A DNA stretch of 64,000 nucleotides from Octopus sinensis (lineage: Eukaryota): assembly GCF_006345805.1 (NCBI RefSeq), contig NC_043004.1, positions 65,720,001-65,784,000 of the forward strand, read 5' to 3'. Below are positions 1-13,019 of this stretch, piece after piece. Made by a program: the position numbers and the translations under genes. The notes under the pieces were generated by a model that saw only the letters and a list, made by a program, of their open reading frames with translations, was not told the origin of the DNA and did not search any database. Within the stretch, counting starts at the first letter, position 1; each line of letters begins with the position of its first letter.

Positions 1-208
1 AGACTATGATTATATGTTCAGATTGTCGAATGTCAATGAGTACAATTATTAAAAGCCTAAAATTTAGGGTGCTTACCCTTCCACTTTGCTGTATTTTGGG
101 ATGGTCATTTTGTATATTATTATTTTTTGCCAAATAAACACGCGCATTCTTATAGTGTGTATGTTTATTTGGTAAAAAAATAAATAATTAAATAAAATGA
201 CCAAATTG

Positions 209-246
209 TAGGCGTAGGAGTGGCTCTGTGGTAAGTAGCTCGCTTA
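209..246 (+). mobile_element. 5' head fragment of the tRNA-derived CORE-type SINE
   Basis: taggcgtaggagtggctctgtggtaagtagctcgctta matches the head of full copies at 12601 and 17486-17892. Confidence 0.7.
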
Positions 247-949
247 TGCATTCGTGTTTGTTAGTTACTTCCGTGAAAGACGTGCTGTGAAGCTGCCCTG
301 ATAAATTGCAAAATTTGACGTACAATCAAAGGCATTTGTCCTTTTGGGAGGTTAGTAGGAATTGAATTATTTTTTTTCGAAAAAGGGTCTCCACTGGGTT
401 CCCGGCATTTGTTTGCTAGTGGTCATACAAAAAGTCTCACTTTATAGAGAGAATTGTGTTTGTTTAAGGTGGGCATATCCTCTCTAGAAAATTTTTGTTG
501 TGAAAATTGTCTCTGCCAAGAAATTACACTTTTTAACAAGTGTATATTTTTACAACAACATTTACCATTATTGGAAAACTGTATTTTAAGTGTTAACATG
601 AAGTGAATTTTTTTTTTCTCTTTGTGAGAAGTATAGTTTGGTGACGTATCCTGTCACCAAAAGCCGTTTGCTGTTTGTAAATAGTGTGCATTTTACAACT
701 ACATTGGAAAGCTGTATTTCAAGTGGAGCAGTCCATGTTCTAATTGGAGTACCATAGGGCTTGGTGTACCTAAATGCCCAAAAGATTTTTTTTGCTGTGT
801 CTTTTTTTTAACTGTTGCTTTCTTCTTCTATTATGACTTATTTATTGAACTATTTGCTTTTTCTTCTTCCATTTTTTTCCCTTTTGAATTCTCTCTTTCC
901 TTTTTTGTGAACTATTGTTTTGGACTGTTTTATTTTTTTAATTTAAAAC

Positions 950-2150
950 ATGGTAAAAAAATACGGATAAGATTGTAGAGTGGGAGTTTGTCCCACCTAA
1001 GGACTGGCTCAGACAACAAGAAGAGAGGACGGCGGTGTTGAGAACGTTTTCGAACGTTCTCGACACAATTATCGTCTTCCCTAAGCAGATGATTGAGCAG
1101 GAGTTGGCGGAACATCTGCCAACCATTAACTATATCTCTAGGGGAGTCAAACATGCAACGGTGTGGTTGCTGACATACCAGAGGAGGCTTGCAGTTTTGC
1201 GAGCCAGCCAGTTGATGGTAAAGAAATCCTGTTTCTTCCCACTTGTGAGGAAAAATTGAGGAGGGCCTTGTTTTGTGGTTTGTCACCCGGAATTGAACCC
1301 CAGTGGATAGAGGATACTATCCGTCGCGGTCTGGGTGGCAGCGGAGCCAGGCTCCTCAATGTGAAAATTATTCCTGCATAACCATGAATCTGGTTATGCT
1401 AGATTTTTTAAAATGGCCGGGTGGAGGTACCCAGTGAACCTTGAGGGTCGCCCCTCCCCAGGTGTCCTCGGTGTCTGGAGCCTGACCATATAAAGAAGAA
1501 CTGTCCTCGGGAACAAGACGGAGTCCTGGAGCAGTCAATTGAGACCTCTGTAGAAGAGGGAACGAAAGCGGCTGAGGAGACGGAGGGCTCTCCAGGGAAG
1601 GGCCGCAAGAGGAAGAAGGTGAGCAACAATGGGTGCTCACCTGGGGATGATTGAGGGGTGGTGAATCTCCCGGTCACGGAGGAGACGCACCCTCCCTCAG
1701 TTGAGAAGAAAACAAAGATGAAGAGGAAGAGAAACAGGACATTGCCGGCAGTCGGTGACATAGCACCGGAATGTCCCAGGACCATGCCGGTAGGGGTTGT
1801 GCCACCGACAGGGGAAGAGACACCACTGGGGGGAATTGTGCCACCAACGGTAGAAGTGACTACCTCGAACCCAGAGGAAGAGGAACTATTAGTCTTCTAC
1901 AGAGGCGGCGAGGTAGAAGAGGTGGTGGAAAAACACCATAATGGAGTACATTTAACCTTCACACAGGATCCCGAATGGCCTCGGCATATAGCTGTACAGG
2001 TCATAACATTGTCTGTGGGATATAGACTGCAGGGACTCAATGAGGAATAACGCTTGTGGCCGGGCAACGCCGGCTCGGATCCCGCTTTGGTCTTAAATGA
2101 AGCATGGGGTATGGTGGAGCGCACGGGCACAAGCGAGATCGGGGAGGAAT
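950..2150 (+). pseudogene. Degenerate non-LTR retrotransposon ORF1 (L1/Tx1-like; RRM-like region plus CCHC zinc knuckle)
   Basis: Frameshifted frames give ...EERTAVLRTFSNV...NYISRGVKHATV...ILFLPT...GLSPGIEPQWIEDTI...; exact CX2CX4HX4C knuckle CPRCLEPDHIKKNC at 1463-1504; homologous to 39605-40124. Clade call is inference. Confidence 0.7.
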
Positions 2151-3244
2151 AATGATAAGAGGTTGAAAAGCCTCAGTGTCGTAATGTTTATTATGTTTAT
2201 TGCATGTTAGTGTGTTTAAGAGGCTTAACGCCCCAATTCTTAAATGGACTTTTAGTCCAACAATTGTGAAATTGAAATGGTTCATTACCTCGTTTTGTCT
2301 TTTTCTGTGAAAAGAAAAAAAGGATAATGTTTTAGAGAAGCAAAGGATCGGCGGGCATTTTTGTCTTCTCCCATTAATATCATCCTTATCATCCTTCACC
2401 TCCTCAATGTCTTTGCCCAGCCCGCAAGCTACTCTGTATCGTGCCTTTATGGCAAAATTTTTTAAATAAAGTAGCTCGCTTACTTCACAGAAAAACCCTT
2501 TGCGTCTATCAAGATAGCGCAAGAAAATGAGAAAAATCCTTGACGGACAGAATATAAACGTTTCTGGCTGAGTGAGCAGTAGGCCGAAAAATACGAAGCA
2601 CATTGACTGGACACCGGTTACGTGGTAGGAGAGACGATGAGTGGTGGAGGGAGTAAGGGATGAGTGAGGGGAGAGAGAGAAAGAAGAAAAGGGGAAGAAG
2701 GAGCTAACAGTCACACTACAGATATTCAGGGAATATTTTGTACAGTTAAGTAAACAAGCAGGGTTGCATTGCGCTGCAATGAATATTTCAAAAGTGAGAC
2801 AGAGAAGGGAAAGAAAAACGAAATCTGGGCGAAAACATAACGGACAGAAAAGGAATACAAAAATATGATACAAGGAACATTCGCAGCTGACTTTCTCATC
2901 AGTTGGTATCGGGGACGTCGTAGTGGTTTCAGGCTATTTAAACCAAGACCACTGCAAAATGCATATGTATAATATATATATATACTTTAGCTGGTTTCAG
3001 CTCGAAAGCTGCGGTCATGCTGGAGTACACTTATTCATGAACATATTATTTAACTAACATTAAAGTAAATAATGCAATTTTTGTAGAATATGTATTTCTT
3101 TAAAATACTTTTACAAGAGAGTTCACGACGGCTTCGGCATTTCGGCTTGCTGGCTTTCACACAACAGTCGAATAAAGGCTAGCAGGTCGAAACATTGAAG
3201 TTCCTGTCAACATTCATTCTGTGTACATGTATGTTTCCATAAGC

Positions 3245-3288
<44 letters not shown>

Positions 3289-3803
3289 ACTTATAGATGT
3301 ACATACATACTCAGTTGTCTATGCGTACACAGAAATAGGTATATAGATTGATACATAGCTAGCTACACTTCCATAAAATTAACAGTACAATCAGCCATTT
3401 TATATACAGAGTTTGATAAAATAGGCACCAAACAGAGAACTGAATGTCATATAATTGATTACAGCCCTTGAATATTGTGGCGCAGCACACCCACTGTGCC
3501 ACCACTTACAATAGTAAAGAAAAAATAATATAAATAACCACATAGTTTCGGGAATTTGACATAATAGCAAAATGAATTATAGAAATATCGAATAATGGAA
3601 GTTAAAGAAGCTACGTGAATTACGAAATAACCGAATGGTAACCGATTTCTTGGAAAACGGAGCAGTGTAAGATAATGGATTGGAAAGACGGCAGAAAAAA
3701 AAAAGATCTCTTAGAAGCGTCAAAGAGAAAGAATACGGCTTAGAAATGGAGTATGAGCGAGAAGGCAGCTTCGCAACAGAAAAATGCTTGTTAAATAAAT
3801 ATA

Positions 3804-3868
<65 letters not shown>

Positions 3869-4338
3869 GGACGCACACACACCTATATATGTATGTATAT
3901 ATATATATATATATGTATATATTATATATATATGTATATATATATATATATCCATATTATATATATATATACATATATATATAATATATATATGTATGTA
4001 TTCACACACATATATATGCACAAGTGTATATTTATGTATATTGATATCTAAATATGGGTATATTTATATATATGTATGTATATATACATACATATATATA
4101 TGTGCATATATACATCTGTGTATATATACATATGTGCATATATATATATATATATATATGCGTGTGTAAATATAAACATATATGTATGTGTTTATACATA
4201 TACATATATATATGAGTTTATATATATTATATAATATATGCATGTACATATGTATGTGCATATAAATATATATATATATACGTGTGTGTGTATGTGCCCA
4301 TATATATATATATATGTATATATATATTATATATATAG

Positions 4339-4382
<44 letters not shown>

Positions 4383-5069
4383 CGCCTTATCTTCGTGTGT
4401 GGATAAGAATTATGACAGTGATAAAATATAAGATACAAGCGAAGCGCGAATTCAAAAAGTGGTGAAGTAGACTCTTCTTAGAACATGTTGAGAGTGTGCC
4501 AGCGGCGGCATATAGAATTTGAATGTGGGCGTGAAGAGGTCTTCTTTTCAAGATGATTATTTTTATTTATTTATTTATTCATTTATTTATTTATTTATTT
4601 ACTATATTATTTTCTTGTATAAATCAGGGATGTAGAAATTTCAATTAAGAAATCGGGCCACAAAGATGTCAGCATAGAAAAGAAAGAAGACATAAACGTG
4701 AAAATATAGTGTAATATAAATGAACCCCCCCCCCCCAAAAAAAAATGGATGGATAAATAAATATATAAAAATAACAGATGTAGAATTACTGCTGGCTCCA
4801 ATATCGTTATCGCATTAAAATGATTACAGAGACGGCGTTTGCAGAAGCAACAAATCTAGAAATACCTCCATTATCTTCCCGCCAGCAACCATTACGAAGA
4901 ACAGCAACCCAATAAACGCCCTAAACAGCTAATACATGGTTAATGAGTCTGCTAGAAACAACTGTGAGGATTTTTTCTTTGGTGATGGTCACAACTTGAA
5001 TGTTACTTGGTTCCGCCTTAACTTGATTATAGTTGACCTCAGAAAAAAGTATCATCGATTTGAGTCGCC

Positions 5070-5535
5070 ATCACCAATAACACCGCCACCAAAACCATCC
5101 TCACCACCACTACACCACCACCACCACCACCACAACCGCCATCACCACCACAACACCGACGCCGCCGCCGCCACCACCACCAAAACCACCACAACACCAC
5201 CGCCGCCGCCACTGCCACCACCACCACCTCCTCCACCACCACAACCGCCACTACCACCACAACACCGACGCCGCCGCCGCCACCACCACCAAAACCACCA
5301 CCACACCACCACCGCTGCCGCCGCCATCACCACCATCACCACCACTAACACCAACACCACCACCACTACTTACGACGATATTAGAGCATTATCGTCACCA
5401 TAATCAACACCATTCCACAATTACACCATCACTATTTCCACTACTACCACCACCGTCGCCTCTACTATCGCTATCACATCCATAATCATCCTCTTCCTAC
5501 CACCACTTCTACCACAACCACCACCGCTGCCGCCA
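5070..5535. repeat. Compound (CAC/CCG/ACC)n microsatellite with an internal duplication
   Basis: Direct reading; caccacaacaccgacgccgccgccgccaccaccaccaaaaccaccac occurs twice. Confidence 0.95.
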
Positions 5536-5929
5536 TTGTAACAACATCTTAATTTCTCATGACTTCAAACTTCATCACATGACTAACATTGCCGTCAACG
5601 CTTCACATCATTTATCATCGTGGCTAATTACAATACTAACGACTTGGTAAAATTGTTACGACGGTAGTGAGCTGATAGTACCTTTTGTTTAATTGAAGCA
5701 ATAAACCTAATGCAACGGAAAGCCATTAAACTTAATGAAAATTATTCTCAGGAAGATCAAGGGAGGGAATCCAGAAATGTTAATCGGCCCCATCATAAAA
5801 CTGAGATAGGATTATGTGATGGAGAATGATCTCATTCAAATTATTGAATATCTTCGTTCGGATTTATATGATTGGTTTCTATAAATAAAAAAAATAAATA
5901 AATAAATAAATAAACAAGTAAATAAATAA

Positions 5930-5999
<70 letters not shown>

Positions 6000-7529
6000 T
6001 AAACCATGGGGTTAGTGCGTGCACATTTTTTCATGTTTCCTTATGAGATTTAGTTCACTAATGTCGCTTATGTCCTGCAGAAAAGCACGAACAATTCTTT
6101 TCGGATTCTCCACCAATGAAAAAAAAAAAAAAAGAATAGAGAAAAAAAAAGAAAGAATAGGAAATAAAAAAAACGTATCCTTTATGAGGAAATCAATATT
6201 TGGGGTCGTGACGATTCTTCAATAATATATGAATCCTTAAAATATGAATGCTAAAAGCAAGTGTGTTATAAAAGAAACTGCAATGTTTATTTCGTTCGAT
6301 GGTTTATTGTGGAACTATGCGGAATTTGAACCTAATATAGTAATGTGGTCACGATTTGTAAGAATACAGGCTATGTTAATGCGTAACGTAACGAACAAAT
6401 TTCTGGCTGATGTTATCCTTTAAAAAATCTCCAACAAAAACAAGCCTTTATAAATGCACCGAACGTTCACGTTCTCATTACGAACAATTATCATAGCATG
6501 TCAGGTAATTATCCCGGCCTTTGTCGTAAACGAGCTTTTCATTTATAAATATTTATTCATTTCGGAAGCACGCAACTCTTGTTTAGCAGGAGCTGTGATG
6601 TTATCGATACAATAAATCCTTGCATATTAGTGTATCTTGTGTTAGATTCCTAGAAAATATGAAAAAAAAAATCGGTGACACCAATAGCATTCAAATAAAA
6701 AAAAACAAAATTATCAGGTATCTATCTTGAATAACCGAAAGCACGCGCAGTATTGACGATTTAATTGGTACATTAACCTCATCATCCAGGTACAATTTGA
6801 TTTTATCGAAAGAGATACAAACGCAACAATTTAAATACATAATGCAATCCCGCAGTTTTTTGTTGGTTTTATAAAATACGTTAATAATTCCAAAATGAGT
6901 TTGCTTGGAAAGCATAAAAAAAAAACTATTTTTTCAAGCGTTTTCTCCTTATATTAGCAGCATTGTTATCACTCCCCTCGCTTTAGTTTCTACATGCATA
7001 CATATATATATATATATATACACGTATGTATGTGTGTGTCTGGGTGTGTACATTCACATGAATAAAAATTTAAGTACATATTCATATGTAATCATACGTA
7101 TTTGTGCATAATAGAGGTCTATATACATATGTTCTGATCTATATATCTATCTTTCTATCTATCTGTCTGTCAATATACACATATATAAGTGTTGTGAGAT
7201 GGATGTTTAGATTAATATAACAGTATAGAAAGTTATATATCTTGCACTAACTATGCTTGCATAGCATCTATGCTCGTACGTGCTAAGAGAATCCGAAGCA
7301 TTGATTTTTTAGGATTTGCCACATCTCTAGTATCAAACTATGCCTTATTCAGTTACAAGGTGGAAGGATTACACATGTAGTTCGAATAAGTGAGAAACAG
7401 CTTATCTATGAAAGTAATTTTGAGATCACTTCTAGGAAAAAGGACTGAATTATGTGGTTCAGACACCCTCATAAGATTTTATAATAGAGTGATGATGGAT
7501 ATGGGTTTCAAATTTTGGAATAATGCCAG

Positions 7530-7685
7530 CAATCTAGGGTCAAATGGTACTTGTTTCATCGATCACGAAAGGAACAAAGGCAGAGTTGACCTCTGCGGAT
7601 TTGAATTCAGAATGTAAAGACGGACTAATTACCACGAATCATATTTCCCAGCGTGGTAACGATTCTGCCAGCTCGTCGCCTTTGA
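7530..7685 (-). mobile_element. Degenerate SINE of the 58444-58856 family
   Basis: Reverse complement matches ggcgagctggcagaatcgtt...ttctgaattcaaatccgcagaggtcaactctgcctt. Confidence 0.65.
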
Positions 7686-8239
7686 TTTACTTAAGACTTT
7701 ATGTTATGGAGGAACATATACTTCCACGGTACAATATGAATTTGATTTCACTGCTTTAGACAATCTAACATTGAAATCAGAAACTGTATATCTCATTCGC
7801 ATCCATTTTACTTGTTTCGGACTGTAATTTATGTATGGTGATCTTTGCGAATTCAAAGCACGTTTGGGACTATGACTAAGATTTTGACCCTTACAGAGTT
7901 GAAATTAGCAAGGGATTCACGTAAACATATCTACATATGCATAGAGGTAATTCCTATCATAGTTACTCAGTTGACGCATACATAGATCTTGCAGGTTATG
8001 AAGCAAAAGAGAGGAAATAAGGGGAGATCATGAGCTGTGATCGGACTATCTGTCCTGATGCACCAGCGGCAGGGTGCGACATTTGAGGTTCGAAATACCC
8101 GGTAGTTTTTAAAAACATGTGATGACATGAATTCCTGCAAGTCAAAGCTACGTTTATGAATCTGGATGGAAAAAAGAGTGTGTTAGTTGTTTTGAGTGGT
8201 GTATATAACACACACAAACAGGCATTTTTCCTCAACATC

Positions 8240-8410
8240 ATCATTTAACACCCACTTTCTGAGCCGTCGTGGGCTGGACGGTTTGACAGGGGCTGGCAAC
8301 TTAGAGGACTCCGCAAAGCTGCACTGTGAACTTCAGCATACTTTCTACGGTTGGATGTCCTTCCTAATGCCAATGGATTTACAGAGTTTACTGGGTGCTT
8401 TTTACGTGAA
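8240..8410 (-). mobile_element. SINE 3' fragment
   Basis: tttctacggttggatgtccttcctaatgccaa...tactgggtgctttttacgtg resembles a common invertebrate SINE tail; recognised from memory, not database-checked. Confidence 0.5.
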
Positions 8411-8420
8411 TATATGTATG

Positions 8421-8460
<40 letters not shown>

Positions 8461-8474
8461 TACATACACACACA

Positions 8475-8521
<47 letters not shown>

Positions 8522-8614
8522 TTATATATATATTTACATACATACATATATTTACAAGCACACACACGCATATTTATATATAAACATGCACACACACATA
8601 TATATATATATATA

Positions 8615-8997
8615 CTAGCAGTATCGCCCGGCGTTGCTCAGGTTTGTAAGGGAAATAACTATAAAGCATTTTTAGAGAGTTATAGCCAAAAAGTAGCAAA
8701 AAAATGGAAAAAAATGATGGTAAATTTTTTTTTGAGATTTAAAAAAGGTAGAGTTGCGTCCCCTAGACTGTTTGTGGTTCGTATTCCTGATTCTCGACCC
8801 CATGTCGAATTTATCGATTTTTTTCAGAACTGGGGGAACTTTTCAAAATTTTCGCTGCGTTAGTTTTGAATTATGACATTGGGCTATGTGTGTGTCAAGT
8901 TTCATCAGAATCGGTTGAAAGCCGTGGTCAGGGTGAGGGTACAAGCAAACAGACACACAGAAACACGCACAGACAAACTGCCGTTTATATAGAGAGA
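8615..8997 (-). mobile_element. Complete non-autonomous Helitron (383 bp)
   Basis: Minus strand starts TC(tctctatataaacggcag) and ends with hairpin cctga-gcaacg-ccggg then CTAG; inserted between A and T in (TA)n; 5' ~190 bp shared with 19901-20090. Confidence 0.85.
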
Positions 8998-9079
8998 TAT
9001 ATATATACATACATATATGCAAGAAGAAAATGGAGGAAAAATAACAGGAAGAAGTTCGTTGTTTGCGCTAATAAGCCAT

Positions 9080-10533
9080 TAAGTTAATTAATTAATAAAG
9101 AAAAGTAGTAGTAATAGTACATTTACGATCGTTTCTGTTTACCAGAATGCATAGACATCTGTAGCGGTAAGAAGAGCGAAAACATAGCGATACATTGGTA
9201 AGGAGAATAAAGACATAGTATGGTGAGTCTTACATTATAGTAGATTTCTCAGCTGCAAAGTGGATGTAGGATGGAGGTTATTTTGATCCGGAGTCCCAAG
9301 TTTAACTAAGTGCATATTCTGGCTAGACTTTTCACCGGCGATGTAAAGAAAGGGGGTTAATTCAAACTCATGGTGGAAATGGAGCTAACTCTATCCGGAT
9401 TACTCAGTCTGGGTTGAGTAAGGAATTTACGTGTCTTTGGGACATAAAGGTCAAGGAATTTCGTTGTAATGAAAGAAGCCCTGTGTAGGGGTAAAATAAT
9501 GTATTATGGGATGTGTAAAGCGAGTGGGGGTTGGGAGGTGAATGTTAGCGTGTAAGTAGTTTAGGTGGTTCCTGGCTAAATGGAATTATGTTGATGAAGA
9601 TGCCAGCGTACGATTTGTACAGGGTCAAGCGGCTTTACCGATACTTGGAAAAGACAAAGAGGCCTAAAAGTAGACAAAAAGTATTGTTCTCATATTTTCT
9701 ATTAAGAAGAGGTGGTTTAGCCGGTAGAAATTCTAGTTGTTCGGTTAAGCAGAAATCGCACCCTCTATTGGTAGTGTTGTAAGAAGATATTTTTGTGAGT
9801 ATGCGCCATTCTAATCTATATTCTATATTTTGTCATTGAGCTCCCAAATATTGCTACTAAGCACTCTTGAATTTGCCTTCCTCCTATTTCTGAAGCTGGA
9901 TTGATGTGCGTTGTACCTAAGTACCATTTGGTCTTTCGTGGCTCCTATATAGGATTGTATATGGCTATTTTTGTGTACGTCACATTGGTAAACTACGTTT
10001 TTAGTCTTACATTTATTAGAGAATTGGCACTTACTTCTATCTCTGCAGCCACATAAATTATTAGGTATATCTGTGTTCGTGTTGTGTTGTGGGGGGCTAT
10101 TACTACTCCGGTCTTTGTCTATGTTACTATGAGGCGCTTCATTAGTGGTGGGATTTGTTCTATTAATCTGTTGGCTGTTTCATTTATTGTTCCTCATTTT
10201 CCAAGCTTCATAGAATGTGTCTAGATTTTTAAAATTATTAATCGAGGCTATGATGGTAGCTAGGTTACTAGTCAGGCTGTGGCCTACTCTAATTTTATTC
10301 CTAAATATTGCTGCATATTTATTATTTACGTTTAAGTGTATATCTATTAGTTTCATTAATGAGCGAACTATGTTGGATTTGAGGTGCATGGTGATAGGGA
10401 TTACGAGCCCGAGTTATCACTATTCATGTATAGAAACTACCGTCATTGTTTGTAAGGCGTGTGGAAGTATAGTCTTATTGGGGTCATTTCTGTATGGCTT
10501 ATGTGGACTCAATGGCCTGTTGTTATGGTTTTT
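9080..10533 (-). mobile_element. Penelope-like element (Naiad-type) 3' part: linker, GIY-YIG endonuclease pseudogene and 3' UTR
   Basis: Minus translation ...KSNIVRSLMKLIDIHL...AIFRNKIRVGHSLTSNL...CGCRDRSKCQFSNKCKTKNVVYQCDV...YIGAT...RYNAHQSSF...LSSNIWEL...WRIL...CDFCLTEQ...LLNRKYE (endonuclease ~9635-10055), frameshifted. Confidence 0.85.
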
Positions 10534-10536
10534 CCA

Positions 10537-11017
10537 ACCAACATATTTTAATAACCATAAGGAAACCCATAATATCGCACTAGATAAAGCAGTATTTTAA
10601 CAAAATAATTAAATACCTAGACCTTAATCACTATACAAATAACCTAAATAACAGAAATCCACACGATAATACAATTAATACTAAGCACACACAAGGCGTT
10701 AATACAAACTACATCAACAATAAGAACAGTATAGATAAGCTCAACAAAAATAATAGCAATAGAAACAATGTTAAGTCCCATATACAATTCACCAATAATA
10801 TTACAAACAACAACATGAATACCAACAATGCGATAATCAATAAAATTAACAACATTATCAAAACTAATAACACGAATTATAAAAATAAGTTGAAAAGTAA
10901 TAATAGCTATAATAAGAATAATATAAACCTACACATCGATAAGAATAAAAATAAAGAGCCCCATTGCAAAACGATAATTTTTTTAAAAACCATAACACCA
11001 GGTCATTGAGTCCACAT
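10537..11017 (+). mobile_element. Inverted upstream segment of the same Naiad-type PLE (RT thumb end plus Asn-rich linker)
   Basis: PTYFNNHKETHNIALDKAVF resembles the PLE thumb motif F..A...YN.AL.KSGY; ends in a 33-bp segment duplicated in inverted form at 10501-10533. Confidence 0.65.
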
Positions 11018-11219
11018 GAAACATAAACAACGTAGACAGACAGCCAATAACTGATGAAGAGTGGTTCTTTGTGTTACTTGTCCTGTTTTCCATTTGTGTC
11101 TCTCGTTTGCGTATTGACATTCATTTGTTATCGTAGTTCATGTTGTTTACTGTTGGTGACGCCCTGACAAATATATGCATATGGATATATATATATATAC
11201 ATAGATAAACAGATATACT

Positions 11220-11616
11220 ATTCTTTTACTCTTTTACTTGTTTCATTTATTTGAATGCAGCCATGCTGGAGCACCGCCTTTAGTCGAGGACTTATTCTTT
11301 GTAAGCTTAGTACTTATTCTATTGTTGTCTTTTTCCGAACTGCTAAGTTACGAGGACGTAAACACTCCATCATCTGTTGTCAAGCGATGTTGAGGGGACA
11401 AATACAGACACGCAAACATACACGCACACACACACATATATGTATACATATACGACAGGCTTCTTCCAGTTTCCGTGTAGCAAATCCACTCACAAGGCTT
11501 TGATCGGCCCGAGGCCATAGTAGAAGACACTTACCCAATGTGCCACGAGTGGGACTGAACCTGGAACCATGTCGTTGGTAAACAAGCTACTTATCACACA
11601 GCCACTCCTGCGCCTA
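11220..11616 (-). mobile_element. Full-length tRNA-derived CORE-type SINE
   Basis: A box (tggctgtgtgataag), B box (ggttcagtccc), CORE-like segment, tail gctccagcatggctgca...gaaacaagtaaaagag. Confidence 0.9.
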
Positions 11617-11626
11617 TACACACACA

Positions 11627-11730
<104 letters not shown>

Positions 11731-12269
11731 TAGATGCACTCACACGAACACAACACATAGCTATATGATGTTAAGAAGCTAAGCTGCAAATGACACCATA
11801 AAAAATAATGGCTCATAAAAATACTGGGTGAAGTAACCCTGGAAACAAGTTGATGGCAACAGCTACGAAAACTTTACACGAAGCTTTTCGTAGGCCGGAT
11901 GGTCATGATAACCATTTCTGCAAGAAAAAAAAATCTTGATAACATTCACCTCTCGAGTTAATAGGTTTTAACTTTCCAAAAGAAGTGAATACTTTTCTAA
12001 CATTCTCACTCGCGGAGGGTACATCCTTTATATATCTGTCTGTCTGTCTGTCTCAATGGTAGTCGTTATTTTCATTTATAATAAAATAATAAATTTCCAT
12101 TCAGCTGATTTGTTTCCCTTTACATTTTTAAAGCAGAAATTCATTGTTCTTAAATAAGAATATTATTGACAGTGACTTCGAAATTTTGGCCAGCTAAACT
12201 GTACGGTGATGGCTTAACTGGCCGAACATTCGAAGTAAATGCCAATAACATTATCGTTTAACAAAAAAA

Positions 12270-12290
12270 AATATCTATCTATCTACCTAC

Positions 12291-12387
<97 letters not shown>

Positions 12388-12425
12388 AATCTATCTATCT
12401 ATCTATCTATCTAACTATCTATCTA

Positions 12426-12458
<33 letters not shown>

Positions 12459-12485
12459 GTCTGTCTCTCTCTCTCTCTCTCTCTC
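12270..12485. repeat. (TATC)n-(TGTC)n-(TC)n compound microsatellite
   Basis: Direct reading. Confidence 0.95.
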
Positions 12486-12503
12486 GCTGTATATATATAC
12501 ATA

Positions 12504-12546
<43 letters not shown>

Positions 12547-12600
12547 AATATATATATATATTATATATATATAATATATATATATATATATACATATATA

Positions 12601-12980
12601 GGCGCAGGAGTGGCTGTGTGGTAAGTAACTCACTTACCAACCACATGGGCAAGTGTCTTCTACTATAGCCTCGGGCCGACCAATGCCTTGTGAGTGGATT
12701 TGGTAGACGGAAACTGAAAGAAGCCTGTCGTATATATGTATATATATATATATATGTGTGTGTGTGTTTGTGTGTCTGTGTTTGTTCCCCTAGCATTGCT
12801 TGACAACCGATGCTGGTGTGTTTATGTCACCGTTACTTAGCGGTTCGGCAAAAGAGACCGATAGAATAAGTATTGGGCTTACAAAGTAAGAACTGGGGGC
12901 GAGCTGCTCGATTAAAGGCGATGCTCCAGCATGGCCGCATTCAAATGACTGAAACAAGTAAAAGAGAGTAAAAGAGAGTA
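12601..12980 (+). mobile_element. CORE-type SINE with B-box deletion
   Basis: ggcgcaggagtggctgtgtggtaag...ccacatg|ggcaagtgtcttc lacks gttccgggttcagtccc; normal tail. Confidence 0.9.
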
Positions 12981-13019
12981 TACATACATGTGAAGAAATA
13001 CTGGCTGTATATAGATATC

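Noticed and set aside
2037-2873. 278-aa minus-strand ORF
   Set aside because: No recognisable motif; overlaps low-complexity purine-rich sequence and the end of the ORF1 relic
2867-2910. Hammerhead-like gauaccaa-CUGAUGA...GAAU...uuguauc on minus
   Set aside because: GAAA, stem III and UH site not intact; at most a decayed copy
9635-10055. Possible selenocysteine (UGA) codons in the Naiad endonuclease
   Set aside because: The conserved Cys positions read TGT/TGC; no in-frame TGA there
11051-11062. ctgatgaagag core-like word
   Set aside because: No downstream stem II-GAAA-UH
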